A DNA stretch of 64,000 nucleotides from assembly GCA_030390025.1 (NCBI GenBank), contig CM059433.1, positions 24,926,001 through 24,990,000 on the forward strand. Direction: 5' to 3'. This stretch comes from Squalus acanthias (taxonomy: Eukaryota). Made by a program: the position numbers and the translations under genes. The notes under the pieces were generated by a model. It saw only the letters and a list, made by a program, of their open reading frames with translations, made no database searches and had not been told where the DNA came from. Shown one piece after another: positions 63,482 to 64,000 of the stretch; the first letter of the stretch is position 1, and each line of letters begins with the position of its first letter.

Positions 63482-64000
63482 CTCGTGCATGAATGATAAT
63501 AGGGAGGAAAGTGATGACATTTGGACCCAGTGCCATTATTGTGTTTGCCCACCTGACTACTGCCAGACCCCCCCCTCGCACACCAACCATGGGCAGTACT
63601 AGTTGGGAGGCAGCCATTTGGAGCAATAGTTTAAGGGGTCCTAAGGTGCTGTCAGCTAATCTGCAGCGGGTGTTGGAGACTTTTTCTGGCGGTCGCTTGT
63701 GTGTTTCCCACTTTAACAGATCTGAAATCTTACATAGGTTCTGCATTCGTGTTGCCTGCTGCTCCACATTGTTGCTCCTTTCTGTTCCCAATGCTAAATA
63801 CAGCTCCCCCTTAACCTGCTGCTGCAGGCTCTTGACATGTGGCTTCACCATCTGATTTCCCACCTCCAAATCGGGGGCTGCCCATGAGGAAAGTGTTTTG
63901 CGCTGACAGCTCGCCGGGCGCATTATAATGAGGGCTGACTAAGGAAATCGCACGGGTCCCCAGTCTGACTCCTCCAGGCGTGATCCGCCCATTGCCCGCA

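Noticed and set aside
63482..64000. GC-richer unassigned segment with 120-149-aa ORFs
   Set aside because: No recognisable domain; probably a repeat running past the window edge

Overview
Vertebrate genomic DNA, most likely from a shark or ray (HE1-type and Deu/SacSINE1-type tRNA SINEs, HER1-like LINEs). The window lies inside a + strand gene that I identify from recalled peptide motifs as MLIP (muscular LMNA-interacting protein). Nine GT-AG exons, all phase 0-0, can be read from 3627 to 48753, including a 1788-nt Ser/Pro-rich exon. The introns are dense with nested mobile DNA. This includes CR1, L2 and HER1-like LINEs, three SINE families, and many G-rich-TIR MITEs with 3-bp TSDs. It also includes a decayed two-gene PIF/Harbinger transposon with an intron-containing Myb/SANT gene, two solo LTRs (204 bp and 1598 bp), and Penelope-like elements of two families. 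The most notable signals are five minimal hammerhead ribozyme motifs in the Penelope ends, showing compensatory stem changes between copies. Four of them lie inside long inverted repeats. Also notable are the unusually long CpG-rich solo LTR, a mini-LTR carrying a CTCF-like motif, and a four-deep insertion nest. All family and gene names come from recognition, not from a database search.
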